Positions 8,423 to 18,469 of a DNA stretch of 45,009 nucleotides are shown in pieces. This stretch comes from a virus. Taxonomy: Duplodnaviria; Caudoviricetes. The translations under genes were made by a program, and so were the position numbers. Within the stretch, counting starts at the first letter, position 1; each line of letters starts with the position of its first letter. The notes below the pieces were generated by a model. The model worked only from the letters and a program-made list of their open reading frames with translations. It did no database searches and had not been told where the DNA came from. The stretch covers positions 1 to 45,009 of the IMG/VR virus record IMGVR_UViG_3300008255_000193, one strand, 5' to 3'.

Positions 8423-8839
8423 TTATAGCAACTCGATATGAGGAAAGTCATCGAACTCGTTGTCAGAAGCTCCCCAATCTTTGTCCCAATCGCCTCCCCA
8501 GCGAACGTCTCGCGACATCTTACCCTCGCCCTTTAGCCTCGCTGCCACGCCCAAGACAAACCCTGCGTGCAGATGAAACTTGTCACGATCTTCCCAGTCT
8601 TTTTCTGAGAACGGGTATGGGATCTGGTCTACAGCTTCTGAAGGGTACAAATTGTGCTTTGACTTTCCGGGCCCAACCTTTGTCTTGCCTTCGTCAAGCA
8701 ATTGCTGCTGACGTTCGTTCGGACGATACCCTTCGAGCAACGAGACGTTCTTGTACTTCAAGACTTCTTTCATCAAGACTTGCAGATCTTCATGAAGAGT
8801 CCCAAGGACAGTCGTTGACTTCACACCAAACGTGTACAT
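8423..8839 (-). CDS. Endolysin, M15 family L-alanyl-D-glutamate peptidase
   Basis: EGYR...RQ, SKH, AVD, WGGDW and DFPHIEL motifs; start placed at ATG 8839 with GGAG RBS. Confidence 0.92.
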   Translation of the reverse strand: MYTFGVKSTTVLGTLHEDLQVLMKEVLKYKNVSLLEGYRPNERQQQLLDEGKTKVGPGKSKHNLYPSEAVDQIPYPFSEKDWEDRDKFHLHAGFVLGVAARLKGEGKMSRDVRWGGDWDKDWGASDNEFDDFPHIELL

Positions 8840-8849
8840 TTTGGCTCCA

Positions 8850-10445
8850 TTATTTTGTAGGGTTGGTGACTGTTTGACCAATACGAAGCTCTTGCACAGA
8901 GCTACCTGACCACGATGGTTTCGACACGGTGTACGAAGCTGTCAGCTCTATGACGCCCTCGATATAGAACACTGCCGGAAGGGAAGCGTAGTCTTCTGTT
9001 GTGAACGCAAGGTTGTCAGCATCTCCTAGCGAGCAGTAGCCGCTCTCCGGATTGAAACTGCCTTGCACTGACTTGACAAGGGCACCATTTGAGTAGACCT
9101 TTGCCACACAACTTGCTGAGTACGTCCATTCTGCGCCAACATCACCGAAGCATTCTGGTGCGAACGCTTTCAAAAATCCTGCGCCAAGCTTGTTGTTAGC
9201 ACCAAACCCCAAGAACGCAAACTCCATTCCCCAAGCAGTCTCGTCTGATGCCCATAATGTCGACATTGAAATGCTCAATGTCGAAGCTATGATCTCGCCC
9301 GTCAGTGGGTTAAGCATCTTTACGTTGATGCGCCCAGGAGGACGTACGAAGTAGTCGAGAGGTGGTATCTTCGGCAGTGGTGCCGTGTCAACCCAGAAAC
9401 TGATGGTCCTTGACATGTCTTCTTTGCCAGCAAACACCATCGATGCGCCAGTGAAAGAAAAGCATCCTTCGTTGATTGCGTTGTAAGCATCGACCTCTTC
9501 GATTGGAAACGACACTGCAACAACCATGTGCCGACCAGAATTCTCCCAGTCAGCGTTAGAGTTGGTGTAACCGCCTGCGCCTTGGTAGTAGGTTTGAGTG
9601 CCAAACCTTATCGAAGGGTTGCAACCAAACTCTCTTGGCCATTCTGCCCACCCAATGACTGACTCTGCTTTGTGCGTTGTCGAATTGAACTGCACAATGA
9701 CTTTGTCCATTACTTGGTAGATCGGTATCGAGGACGTTGAGCAGGCTGCACCGTAAGGAAGATTCACAGTTGATGGTTCGTCATGAATGTAGATGCCAGC
9801 GACTGTCGGTGTATCGAGCCACACTTCTAACGTCTTAGCTTCAAGATTAACGTCTGTTACTAAGCCAGACCGATATCGTGGTCGCCATCTAGCAATGCCC
9901 GGCGCTAATGCGTAGTTGTAGAACGCTTGCGCAGGAGTCATGCTCTTGATGGTTCGCAAACAACCGTCTGATGCGACCGGTTTCGCGCCTTCTGGCTGCA
10001 GCACTATGAAAGGGTACTGGTCAGCTTGATTCGCGACCTCTATCGTGCCGATCTCTTTTCCAACTGGCAACGACACATTGTAAGTCGAGCACCAAGCTGT
10101 TGTGCGTCTCGGAAGCAACTCTTTTGCTCTTTCTGCAGCAGTGTTTTCCAAGTCTTGCGCACGAGCCAGCATCGCTAAATACGCAGTTTGATCTACTTCG
10201 TAGTTTGACAACGCACTAATATACGTTCCGATCGAAGTCTTCTCGTTGTCTAAGGCGATCTTTGCATTGTCGACAGTTGACTTTGATGCTAACGCTCGAG
10301 CCAGTAGCGCTGGCAACCCAGCACGTACTTCAGCAGCTTCTTTGACGAGGATCTTTATGTAAGAAGCTTCTCTTGCGCTAGTTCGTACAACGTCAACCTC
10401 GTACTTTGCGCTTCCCAAATGACTGACGATTATCGCTTTACCCAT
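8850..10445 (-). CDS. Tail tip/baseplate-associated structural protein
   Basis: Start MGKAIIV at 10445; coiled coil followed by AWC...IGTIEV...MTPAQAFYNYALAPG..RWRPRYR; tail context. Confidence 0.55.
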   Translation of the reverse strand: MGKAIIVSHLGSAKYEVDVVRTSAREASYIKILVKEAAEVRAGLPALLARALASKSTVDNAKIALDNEKTSIGTYISALSNYEVDQTAYLAMLARAQDLENTAAERAKELLPRRTTAWCSTYNVSLPVGKEIGTIEVANQADQYPFIVLQPEGAKPVASDGCLRTIKSMTPAQAFYNYALAPGIARWRPRYRSGLVTDVNLEAKTLEVWLDTPTVAGIYIHDEPSTVNLPYGAACSTSSIPIYQVMDKVIVQFNSTTHKAESVIGWAEWPREFGCNPSIRFGTQTYYQGAGGYTNSNADWENSGRHMVVAVSFPIEEVDAYNAINEGCFSFTGASMVFAGKEDMSRTISFWVDTAPLPKIPPLDYFVRPPGRINVKMLNPLTGEIIASTLSISMSTLWASDETAWGMEFAFLGFGANNKLGAGFLKAFAPECFGDVGAEWTYSASCVAKVYSNGALVKSVQGSFNPESGYCSLGDADNLAFTTEDYASLPAVFYIEGVIELTASYTVSKPSWSGSSVQELRIGQTVTNPTK

Positions 10446-13400
10446 ACAAGATGCTCCGAGTGTTTTCATGGTCGACGTGGTGGTTTGCTGACGTTACAAC
10501 GAACGGCGGAAGATTGCCTGCTTCAACGATGTCGCCAGGGATGATGTCGTACGCATCGAACAGAGTGATTGAGAACGCTTTTGTAAACGACACGACAGAC
10601 TTTGGAATTTGCGTAATGACCGTAGTCGGAAATCTTGCTGTTGCGAAGTCTCTTGACGTCAAGACTAGCGATGTCGTTCTGCCTTCTGACAGCACTGTCT
10701 CGTAAGAGTCAATCTCAACGACTGCTACACCATCAACTTTGAACGAGAGTGGCAACGTGCAAGAAGCTAAGAACGCAAGTCCTTCGACAGCAGGCAACGA
10801 CACTGCTATGTAGCCGTACATCCCACCTTTTGAGTACTGAATGTCGATCGACTTTGGCGAAATAGAGGACTCACTGGCATCTTCAAAAGTGCCTGTCTTC
10901 AGTGACCCATCAAACCAACTCCTCGTCTTGAAGTTGATAGCGTTACCAAGAACATGTGCACGACTAAACGTTGGCGCAGATAAGTAGTACGGTGCGATTG
11001 CAGGGCTCTTTGTAGCAGTATGAGAAACTGTCGCACCGAAGCCAGAGTCTTGCCCAGCATGCGCATTTGCTGTCTGCGAATACGTTGGCACCTCTACGTC
11101 TGTGACGACCAGTACGTAGAACGGTGTCGGTGTCGATTGCGTCCTAGAGAACGTCTGGAAAACTGTACCAGCGACCTCTGCTACACCAGACCCAACTACG
11201 TAAGTGCGCGCGACTGTCGGACCAAGCACGTACTGCGTCTTTGGAGTCCCAAGTCCGAGAGGAGCTTTCTCGTCGACATTCGCGGTAATACACGGATAAG
11301 ACGTTGAGGCGACAAACCGCGCAGAATTGATCGGGTCGAACCCAGTGTAGAAGTAGTTCGTGCCAATGGCTCCCCACTCTACACCTGTCCAACTTGCAGC
11401 AAGATCGTTGTATGCTGCTGCTGAGCTAGATCCTTGCGCAGTGCCATCATTGAACACAGCAAGAAACAACCCTGTCGTACCAACAAAGATCCTCTTTACG
11501 TCTGTCAATGCAAGCACTGTCGAACGTTTGCTGTACTGATCGTACCCAGCGTGGTAGCATGTACCGTCTGATCGAACTGCAACGATGCTGTTTAGCTTCA
11601 TATTGATCGACACAACGTCGGTCCATGCGCCGATCATCGATTGTGAAGAGTAGGCATTGAGTCCAGCCCAGTAGCATGTGCCGTCTGACTTCAGACCGAC
11701 AGCAAAGTACTGACCGCCAGCAATGTCAATGAGGTCTGTCCAAGTGTTTGCTGCTGTGACTTGACCGTACCCATCGTAACCTACTGCGATGCCATCACCG
11801 TTCGCTTTTATGCCGAATGTGTTTTGATACCCTGCACGGATCTCTTTGATGCCCGTCCAGGTCGCTGCTGTAGTGACTGACCCGGAAGTGTCTGTGCCAG
11901 ATGTGAACACATCGCCCCATTTGTCAAGGCCAACAGAGTGTCTGAAGCCCAAGTCGACTTGGAACATGTCGGCCCATGACCCGATGTTTGTGAACTCTCC
12001 GTTTGTCGGAGATCCACAAGATCCGACTGTCCCGTCTCTGTTGATGTAGATCATCACACCTTCGGCGTACATCGCAGAAGGGCGAGTCTTCACCATCAAA
12101 GACTGGTCTTGCCATGGCGCAGTAGGTTGAGGATTCGCGATGCTTTTCAGCTTCCATGCGTCGATGATCGGCGCAGAGAACTGCGTGTTGCCTGCTTTGA
12201 AAAGACGTCCCCACTTGTCCATGCCAACGATGTAGTCAAACGCTGTGCTGGTCTCGATCTGGACAATGTCTCTCCAGTCTAAGCAACTTGACACATCGTA
12301 GTACCCGGTGCCGATGTAGTCGACAGTACCGCTTGACTTAAGGATGAATGCGCAGTTCGCAGTTGTCGCGATATCGATGACGTCAGCAGACTCCCAAGCA
12401 GTTGGGATCGTTAACGATGGCACAGAGCTGAGGTAGAACGTACCGTCAGTCTTCTTTGCCATGGCGACTGTGTAGCCTATCGCAAAGAGCTCGACGTCAG
12501 TCCATGTCAAGATGTCAGTGCTGATAGAACCTTGCGGAGAGTTCCCTGCCAGAGTGAACGGCTTCACCCAGTCAAGAGTGCCGTCGTTGAATAAGACTGA
12601 GAAGAACGTCTGCGAACGACCAATCGCTTGAATGCCAGTCCATGCTTTCGCGGTGATGTTAGAATCGAACCCAACGATTGTGCCGTCGTCAAGTAAGCAG
12701 ATGAAGCCAGATCCGTATACACCAGCATAGTCGACAATCGTTGAAGGGTCGATCGTGTCTAATTGCGCTTGCGTAACGTACGTCTGCGATCCGACAATTG
12801 TGAGGTTGCCAGCGATGGGCAAGTACAACGAGAAGTCGTACCCTACACTAGCGCTCTTGATGCTTGTTAATCCGTCAAGCGCTGTCTGCTGTGAGTTAGA
12901 AGCGTACCCAGACGCTGACATCACACCAGATTCAGACACTCCAGCGACAAGGTTGTACCCGACAGAGAGGGCAGCGTCAGTGATAATCGGTGGCAGCTCC
13001 CATGGCACACCGACAGGAAGACTCCTTGAGACTGACAACGTTGGTGCGATCTTATTGTCGTTTGGCCGGTTGTCAGTCGCTTGAGGAAAGTTTTGAGTCG
13101 ACGAATGCGTGTCAGCAGTTGTCGTCATCGCGATCTTATACGAAGGCGTCTTGACATTTGCTGTATGAGGGAACTTAGGAATCTCTATCGAAGTTAAGCC
13201 GGGTCGAACACCGATAGTCACTGCGGCGATGCCATCAGCTGGCGACACATGCCAAGTTGCGCCAGCAACGTATGCGCTATCAACAGCTAAGTTAGTTGTC
13301 GCCCATGCACCACTCCACGCAGTTGGAGTCATCGTATCGAACAGAGAGTTGACAGTCTTACCAGACCATTGGCTCGCAGAGTCAGTGATTGTAAACCCTG

Positions 13401-13857
13401 TGCAGTCTCCACCATCGTACGACACATGCGAGATGAGTAGACAGCCAGCGATTGGCGCTGTCGCTGCAGACAATGCTAACGACGTTGCTGAGCCAACTTG
13501 CGCACCAACTGCTGCGATGAATGGCGCTCCAGTCGTATGCTTTAAGTTGAGGTACCATGCTCCACCAGCGTCTGCGCCTGTCGCCCAAGTGATCGTTTCA
13601 GTCGCTGCCTCTGTGCCGTCTGCAGTGCGGTAGTACGCAGCGATTTTTGTCGCAGCTGTTGAAGTGCCGTACTCGTAAAGCTTCGTCCAGCCAGCGCGGG
13701 TTGGGAACGTTGCAGAGTTAGTAGCATCTTCGTTTCCAACAAGTAGAAGCAGTAGCTCACCAACTTCGATGCCAGTCGGTTTTGCGACAATGACGCTTGT
13801 TGCACCGGTGCCGCCTGCTAACGCAGAAGTAAAATTAGCTACTGTTGGGGCAGGCAC
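10438..13857 (-). CDS. Large tail protein with RCC1/BLIP-II-like repeats
   Basis: Repeated W-T-D/G-x3-I-x2-G...VGLKSDGT-type units across the middle of the 1139-aa protein; GTG start. Confidence 0.75.
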   Translation of the reverse strand: MPAPTVANFTSALAGGTGATSVIVAKPTGIEVGELLLLLVGNEDATNSATFPTRAGWTKLYEYGTSTAATKIAAYYRTADGTEAATETITWATGADAGGAWYLNLKHTTGAPFIAAVGAQVGSATSLALSAATAPIAGCLLISHVSYDGGDCTGFTITDSASQWSGKTVNSLFDTMTPTAWSGAWATTNLAVDSAYVAGATWHVSPADGIAAVTIGVRPGLTSIEIPKFPHTANVKTPSYKIAMTTTADTHSSTQNFPQATDNRPNDNKIAPTLSVSRSLPVGVPWELPPIITDAALSVGYNLVAGVSESGVMSASGYASNSQQTALDGLTSIKSASVGYDFSLYLPIAGNLTIVGSQTYVTQAQLDTIDPSTIVDYAGVYGSGFICLLDDGTIVGFDSNITAKAWTGIQAIGRSQTFFSVLFNDGTLDWVKPFTLAGNSPQGSISTDILTWTDVELFAIGYTVAMAKKTDGTFYLSSVPSLTIPTAWESADVIDIATTANCAFILKSSGTVDYIGTGYYDVSSCLDWRDIVQIETSTAFDYIVGMDKWGRLFKAGNTQFSAPIIDAWKLKSIANPQPTAPWQDQSLMVKTRPSAMYAEGVMIYINRDGTVGSCGSPTNGEFTNIGSWADMFQVDLGFRHSVGLDKWGDVFTSGTDTSGSVTTAATWTGIKEIRAGYQNTFGIKANGDGIAVGYDGYGQVTAANTWTDLIDIAGGQYFAVGLKSDGTCYWAGLNAYSSQSMIGAWTDVVSINMKLNSIVAVRSDGTCYHAGYDQYSKRSTVLALTDVKRIFVGTTGLFLAVFNDGTAQGSSSAAAYNDLAASWTGVEWGAIGTNYFYTGFDPINSARFVASTSYPCITANVDEKAPLGLGTPKTQYVLGPTVARTYVVGSGVAEVAGTVFQTFSRTQSTPTPFYVLVVTDVEVPTYSQTANAHAGQDSGFGATVSHTATKSPAIAPYYLSAPTFSRAHVLGNAINFKTRSWFDGSLKTGTFEDASESSISPKSIDIQYSKGGMYGYIAVSLPAVEGLAFLASCTLPLSFKVDGVAVVEIDSYETVLSEGRTTSLVLTSRDFATARFPTTVITQIPKSVVSFTKAFSITLFDAYDIIPGDIVEAGNLPPFVVTSANHHVDHENTRSILYG

Positions 13858-13860
13858 GGT

Positions 13861-14493
13861 CTACACCCTTTCTGTCAAGTCGAGCACTTTGTAGTTTTGC
13901 TGAATTGTGATCGACATAGTCGAAACGAAAAAGTCTGACATGCTTAGATGAGTGACAGTGTCGCCAGCTTGTATGTCCCAAACCACTGGGCAACGAAGTG
14001 TCCTTCTACCGTTAGAACCTATTCCACGGAACAGAATGTTCGAGATCGCTGATGAGATTGGTGCACGAGAAATGGGAGCGCCATCAGCAAAGACTTTCAG
14101 CTCACTACCAGTCCATGTCACATTCGAGACAACAGCAGTGAAGAGCAGCTTTGAAGCGATGACTTCACCATCGACAGTCTTGGCTTGAGAAAAAACTGCC
14201 AACGTTTCTCCAGACACAGACTCAAACCAAGCGTTGTCGATGATGCTGCCGAGCACTCTGGCTTCAATCGAAATGATGCTTCCGACAGACTGTCGAACAT
14301 GCAAGTAGCCGACTTTGATCGACCCAACGTTGCTGATCTCAACGCTGTAGAACACACCTGCAGACAGTGGAACGTCTGCCAAATCACCTGCGGTGCTAAA
14401 CGCTCTAGCTGCAGAGTACTTTGGCAGTACGTTCCCAGGGATGGGCACACCTAACGAAGATGCTTGCGAATACTGAGCGGCAACTTCGCTCAT
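13861..14493 (-). CDS. Minor tail protein
   Basis: Position in the tail operon, beta-rich sequence, tight spacing. Confidence 0.55.
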   Translation of the reverse strand: MSEVAAQYSQASSLGVPIPGNVLPKYSAARAFSTAGDLADVPLSAGVFYSVEISNVGSIKVGYLHVRQSVGSIISIEARVLGSIIDNAWFESVSGETLAVFSQAKTVDGEVIASKLLFTAVVSNVTWTGSELKVFADGAPISRAPISSAISNILFRGIGSNGRRTLRCPVVWDIQAGDTVTHLSMSDFFVSTMSITIQQNYKVLDLTERV

Positions 14494-14496
14494 GCA

Positions 14497-14907
14497 TTAC
14501 ACCAGTTCGTAAAGTACGTTGCCTGTCCAGCTGAAAGTCCAGTCGACAGCTGACAAAGTCACGACAGACCCAAGGTCGTAGATCAGAAGCAATGGGTTCG
14601 TCAGACCGTGCACTGTGCCAGATGCGTACAAGACAACGTATCTCACACTGACTGACAGCGCGGTGAATGTCTCTGGGTTGACTGTCACTTGGCCGTTTGT
14701 GATTGTCAATCCGTCAAGGGTTGCGCCACCAGACACGTAGCCTGTGCCGGAGCACTCGTCTGCAATGACATCGGCAAGGACAGTGTCAGCCAAATTCGGG
14801 GTGTGCGCATCAAGCAGCAGCGCAATTTTCAGTGGCGTAGTGTTCCAGTCAAGGTCGTCTAAGCAGACGTCTTTGAAGTGGTTGTATTCTTGCGTCGTTA
14901 CGGGCAT
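14497..14907 (-). CDS. Minor tail protein
   Basis: LKIALL...HTPN...ADV.ADECSGTGYVSGGATL is a widespread siphophage tail protein motif. Confidence 0.7.
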   Translation of the reverse strand: MPVTTQEYNHFKDVCLDDLDWNTTPLKIALLLDAHTPNLADTVLADVIADECSGTGYVSGGATLDGLTITNGQVTVNPETFTALSVSVRYVVLYASGTVHGLTNPLLLIYDLGSVVTLSAVDWTFSWTGNVLYELV

Positions 14908-15254
14908 TAGCTTATCCTTTCGGTGATAGAAATTTCGACCAAAATTTTGTTCGACGACTGCTTAATCGACTTCAGCACTGCTTTGAACAACCCGTCAATT
15001 CTTGCGATTGTCACTATCGGCCACGCTTGTAGCCAATCTTTCAACGTTTCAAACGTAGCGTTCGAAAACGGCAAACTTATCATCATGTCTGATGAGCCCC
15101 AAGAGAACCCGTTGTCTGAAATAACGACAGTGTTATCAATCGCAACGTCTGTTCGTATCGACCTTGAGATTTTGCCGTCGTTGTCTTTCCACTTACTTGA
15201 GAACACAATACTGCCGGGATAGAAGTCGACCGGACTAATTGTCAAAACGTACAT
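14907..15254 (-). CDS. Putative distal tail protein
   Basis: Immediately downstream of the tape measure gene; SRSIRTDVAIDNTVVISDNGFS. Confidence 0.5.
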   Translation of the reverse strand: MYVLTISPVDFYPGSIVFSSKWKDNDGKISRSIRTDVAIDNTVVISDNGFSWGSSDMMISLPFSNATFETLKDWLQAWPIVTIARIDGLFKAVLKSIKQSSNKILVEISITERIS

Positions 15255-15255
15255 T

Positions 15256-17808
15256 TTAAGCTCCTTGTCCGATTGCTAGAAGTAGCTCAGCTTCTTCCAT
15301 TGCCACTTTCAGTTGAACTTTCTCCATGATCGACCACAGCACTTGTTCCAGCGCAGGTTCCAACCCAGAGCTATCGATCTTGATCAAAGCCTCTCCACTG
15401 CTGAGCTTCTCGTACTTTAGCTCAGCCAATGCTGTTTGCGCATCGCTAAGCTTCGTCTGCGAATCGATCAGCTTCTGTTGTTGCTCTAGCTGCTGGTCGA
15501 TCCAGCCACCGACTTCCATGCGATCAGCCCAGTTGAGGTTTTCTGACCCGAACAAATCTCCGAACCCTGACAACTCTGTCGACAATGAGCCGATCGAACT
15601 TGCTGAAGCATCGAAAGCAGCTTTGATCTTGTCTGCTTCAGAGATGACTGAAGCAGAGTTGAATTCATACATTGCTTTGATCTTTTGCGTCGTCGCTTTG
15701 ACGTTTAAGCCTTCGAGTTCAAGTGACTTTATGACGACGTCTGTCTGAGCTTTGATCTTTGCAAGATCGATGTCTGCTTGAGCCTGAATCTTTACGATCG
15801 TCTCTTTGCTGGTCAATTCCTTCAGCTTCAATGCGACAGCGTCAGTTACAGCACCGACAGAGTTGATCAATGTGCCGTCTTTATCGATCGTCCACACAAC
15901 CGCAGCTGTATCGTCAGAAGCTTTCTTCGCACCAATCGGGATCTTGTTCAATGCAAGCACACGACTGTCGATAGCAGAATCGACGTCAGGTCCGCCATTG
16001 ATCCAGTCGTAGACTAGACCTCCAAGAGTATCGTTCTCACCGTTAGAGAAAAGATCGACGATGTTGTTGATCGTCTCATTCAGCATCGTGCCGATGCCGT
16101 ACCCTGCAACGCCAGCGCCAACAACTGCAGCGCCTGTACCAAGCAGTGGTGCCAACGTCTTTATCAATGTTCCGATTCCGGCAACGTTGACTTTGCCAAG
16201 TGCCTCAACTGCAGTGCCTATCCCAGTCAATGTGCTTGAGATTCCGCCTGCTGTCGTTGCAGCAACGTTCAGCAGTAGCAAACCACCTAGCGCTTTGCCA
16301 ATGAGAATGATGTTCTCTGCGCCGATGCTCTCAAGCGACTTTGCAACTGACACGATCACTTCAAAGAATGGCGGTAGCGCAGAGATGATGCCTGCTGATG
16401 CGTTGCTCAACCCAGTGAAAGCATCGACAATCGCCTGCAGCACTTTTTGAATACCTTCTGCAGTTGTTAAGTCGACTCCTTCGCCAAGAATCGCCGACAT
16501 CACATTTCCAAGATCTGTGCCGATGCCTCTGAACGACTCGATCAATTTACTGTAGTCAACATTTGCAAGCGCTTCAGGCAAGACTTTTGCGATCTTCTCT
16601 GCGTTCGCTGCGACGCTTGTCAGTAGATCTTCGAAGAACTTTATCAATGGCGCCAACGCGCCAGAGTCAATCGAACTGCTAAGAGTGTTGAAGACTGTTC
16701 CTACGCTCTTGACAGCTTCTTTGTAGTTGTCAAGAAGAGGAAGCCCGATGCTGATCAAGACGCTTTGGATGCTGTTGATCATTTGTTGGTTCGCAAACCC
16801 AAAGTTGTCTTTCATAATGTCGAAAGCTGCTGTCACGGCGCCTGCAGCAGTTCCCATATCTTTGACAGCTTTTGCGTAAGTCCCTGCAACGTCGTTCATC
16901 AATGGTAAGATTGCACCAAGAGCTTCTTGGCCATCGAACAACTTTTGCACTTCACCTGCAGTCTTACCAGTCTCTTGACCGATGATCTTGATGACTTCTG
17001 ACAGAGTGTGGTTTTTGAAAACGTCTGCACCGAAGACCTCAGCTAATTTGCCGGTCTGCTCAGCTGCTTCCTTCGAAGGCTTGATCAACCCATTGATGAG
17101 CGACTTGAGAATCGTTGCTGCTTGAGCAGTTGATGGGACACCGTACGCTGTCAGTGCAGCGATTGCCGCAGTGATGTCAGAGACACCCAACCCGAAAGGC
17201 GCTGCAACCGCGGTAACTTGACCAATCGCGGTTGCCAACTCTGGGATAGTCGTCTTGCCGTCTTTAACCGCAGTAAAAAAGAGGTCAGCAGCCATTGAGA
17301 CTTCTGCCATCGTCATGTTGTAAGCGTTCGCTGTGCCCGCCAACAGATTGACAGCGTCAGGCAGTGTCGATTTACCTGCGACAGCAAGCTTCTCAACGCT
17401 TGACAAGAAGTTCGTAACGTCTGGCGCAGGAATGCCCTGCGACAATGCTTCGTAAGTGGCTAAGAGCACACCGTCGATGTCTTGCGTTGAAGACGCAATA
17501 TAATCACGGATGTCGTCAGAAAACTCTTTGAAGTTGACTTTCGCTGGGTCGAGAAGAGTGAAGATCTCGTTCATCCCAGTCTCGAAGTTCCCAGCGCTTT
17601 GGACGCTGAACGTTCCTAGCGCAACCAACGCTACACCAACTGCTGTTTCTACACCAAGAATCGTTTTTGCTAAATTGGCGAATGGCGCAGAAAACTGCTC
17701 TACGCCACTCGCAAAATCGCCGATCCCTGAGTTGATGCTGCCAAGCACACTCGAGACTTCGTCTGTCCCTTTGAAAAGTATTTCGACGACCCGATCAATG
17801 TCCGCCAT
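15256..17808 (-). CDS. Tail tape measure protein (TP901-like core)
   Basis: 850 aa, Ala/Gly-rich helical; FETGMNEIFTL...YEALSQG...GKTTIPELA core; follows the chaperone genes. Confidence 0.93.
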   Translation of the reverse strand: MADIDRVVEILFKGTDEVSSVLGSINSGIGDFASGVEQFSAPFANLAKTILGVETAVGVALVALGTFSVQSAGNFETGMNEIFTLLDPAKVNFKEFSDDIRDYIASSTQDIDGVLLATYEALSQGIPAPDVTNFLSSVEKLAVAGKSTLPDAVNLLAGTANAYNMTMAEVSMAADLFFTAVKDGKTTIPELATAIGQVTAVAAPFGLGVSDITAAIAALTAYGVPSTAQAATILKSLINGLIKPSKEAAEQTGKLAEVFGADVFKNHTLSEVIKIIGQETGKTAGEVQKLFDGQEALGAILPLMNDVAGTYAKAVKDMGTAAGAVTAAFDIMKDNFGFANQQMINSIQSVLISIGLPLLDNYKEAVKSVGTVFNTLSSSIDSGALAPLIKFFEDLLTSVAANAEKIAKVLPEALANVDYSKLIESFRGIGTDLGNVMSAILGEGVDLTTAEGIQKVLQAIVDAFTGLSNASAGIISALPPFFEVIVSVAKSLESIGAENIILIGKALGGLLLLNVAATTAGGISSTLTGIGTAVEALGKVNVAGIGTLIKTLAPLLGTGAAVVGAGVAGYGIGTMLNETINNIVDLFSNGENDTLGGLVYDWINGGPDVDSAIDSRVLALNKIPIGAKKASDDTAAVVWTIDKDGTLINSVGAVTDAVALKLKELTSKETIVKIQAQADIDLAKIKAQTDVVIKSLELEGLNVKATTQKIKAMYEFNSASVISEADKIKAAFDASASSIGSLSTELSGFGDLFGSENLNWADRMEVGGWIDQQLEQQQKLIDSQTKLSDAQTALAELKYEKLSSGEALIKIDSSGLEPALEQVLWSIMEKVQLKVAMEEAELLLAIGQGA

Positions 17809-17980
17809 TTTGGTGCGACCTTTCCTCGTAGAACAGATCCCATAGCTCGATCTCGGTTTGCGTCAAGTAGCCGTAAGGAAAAACGTCGGGCCTAATTTCG
17901 TACATAAACCTGTTCCTCTGAGCGGCTAACGAAAGACTGAGTCTTATTTCGCCGTTTTCCCAGAGGGCTTCTGCTTTCCC
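17795..17980 (-). CDS. -1 frameshift extension (gpGT-like) of the tail assembly chaperone
   Basis: Slippery G GGA AAG at 17974-17980; the -1 frame is open for about 60 codons (GKAEALWENGEIRL...ELWDLFYEERSHQNGGH*) and overlaps the tape measure start. Confidence 0.88.
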   Translation of the reverse strand, partial: GKAEALWENGEIRLSLSLAAQRNRFMYEIRPDVFPYGYLTQTEIELWDLFYEERSHQNGGH

Positions 17981-18405
17981 ACGACACCACCCTGCCCTGA
18001 CAACTTTAGAATCTCGTTTGTCAAATTGTAGAACTCAACTGGGAAGAACTCGGATAGTTTTACTGCTTGCGAATGCACAAGCTTGGGAGAGATCAACCCA
18101 AAAGTCAAGATCTCTTGCCGCCTAACGATGTCGCCTGGAACGTCATCGTCAAGGCCGAGCAATGACTTCATTGCGTCGATCTTTTCTGCGCTGTTCGTGG
18201 TCGACAATGCTGAGACGATCGCGGTCATGTTCGAAGCTTTGTCTTTTGCTTCGTTTGCCTTGCCGATCTCTGCGCCTTTCAATCCACGCACAACGAAAAT
18301 AGGTTTTTCATCTTTGCCGAAGAAGTCTTGCAAAGCAGCGACTTCAACTTCAGCAGTCCTCGCTTGTAAATTAGCGCCTTCAAATTTCTTCAAATCAAAT
18401 GACAT
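17944..18405 (-). CDS. Tail assembly chaperone (gpG-like)
   Basis: Lies between the major tail and tape measure genes; carries GGGAAAG near its 3' end. Confidence 0.85.
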   Translation of the reverse strand: MSFDLKKFEGANLQARTAEVEVAALQDFFGKDEKPIFVVRGLKGAEIGKANEAKDKASNMTAIVSALSTTNSAEKIDAMKSLLGLDDDVPGDIVRRQEILTFGLISPKLVHSQAVKLSEFFPVEFYNLTNEILKLSGQGGVVGKQKPSGKTAK

Positions 18406-18420
18406 TGAAAAGTCTCCTTG

Positions 18421-18451
18421 ACGAGGGCCTATATGACCTATAGGCCCTCGT
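18421..18451. terminator. 13-bp perfect hairpin after the major tail gene (attenuator or mRNA stabiliser)
   Basis: acgagggcctata-tgacc-tataggccctcgt; no clear U-tract on the minus strand. Confidence 0.45.
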
Positions 18452-18469
18452 GTTAAAATGCATTCAGGG

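Noticed and set aside
3045-13857. Diversity-generating retroelement or invertible tail-fibre switch
   Set aside because: No reverse transcriptase, recombinase or template/variable repeat pair was seen; all fibre genes share one orientation
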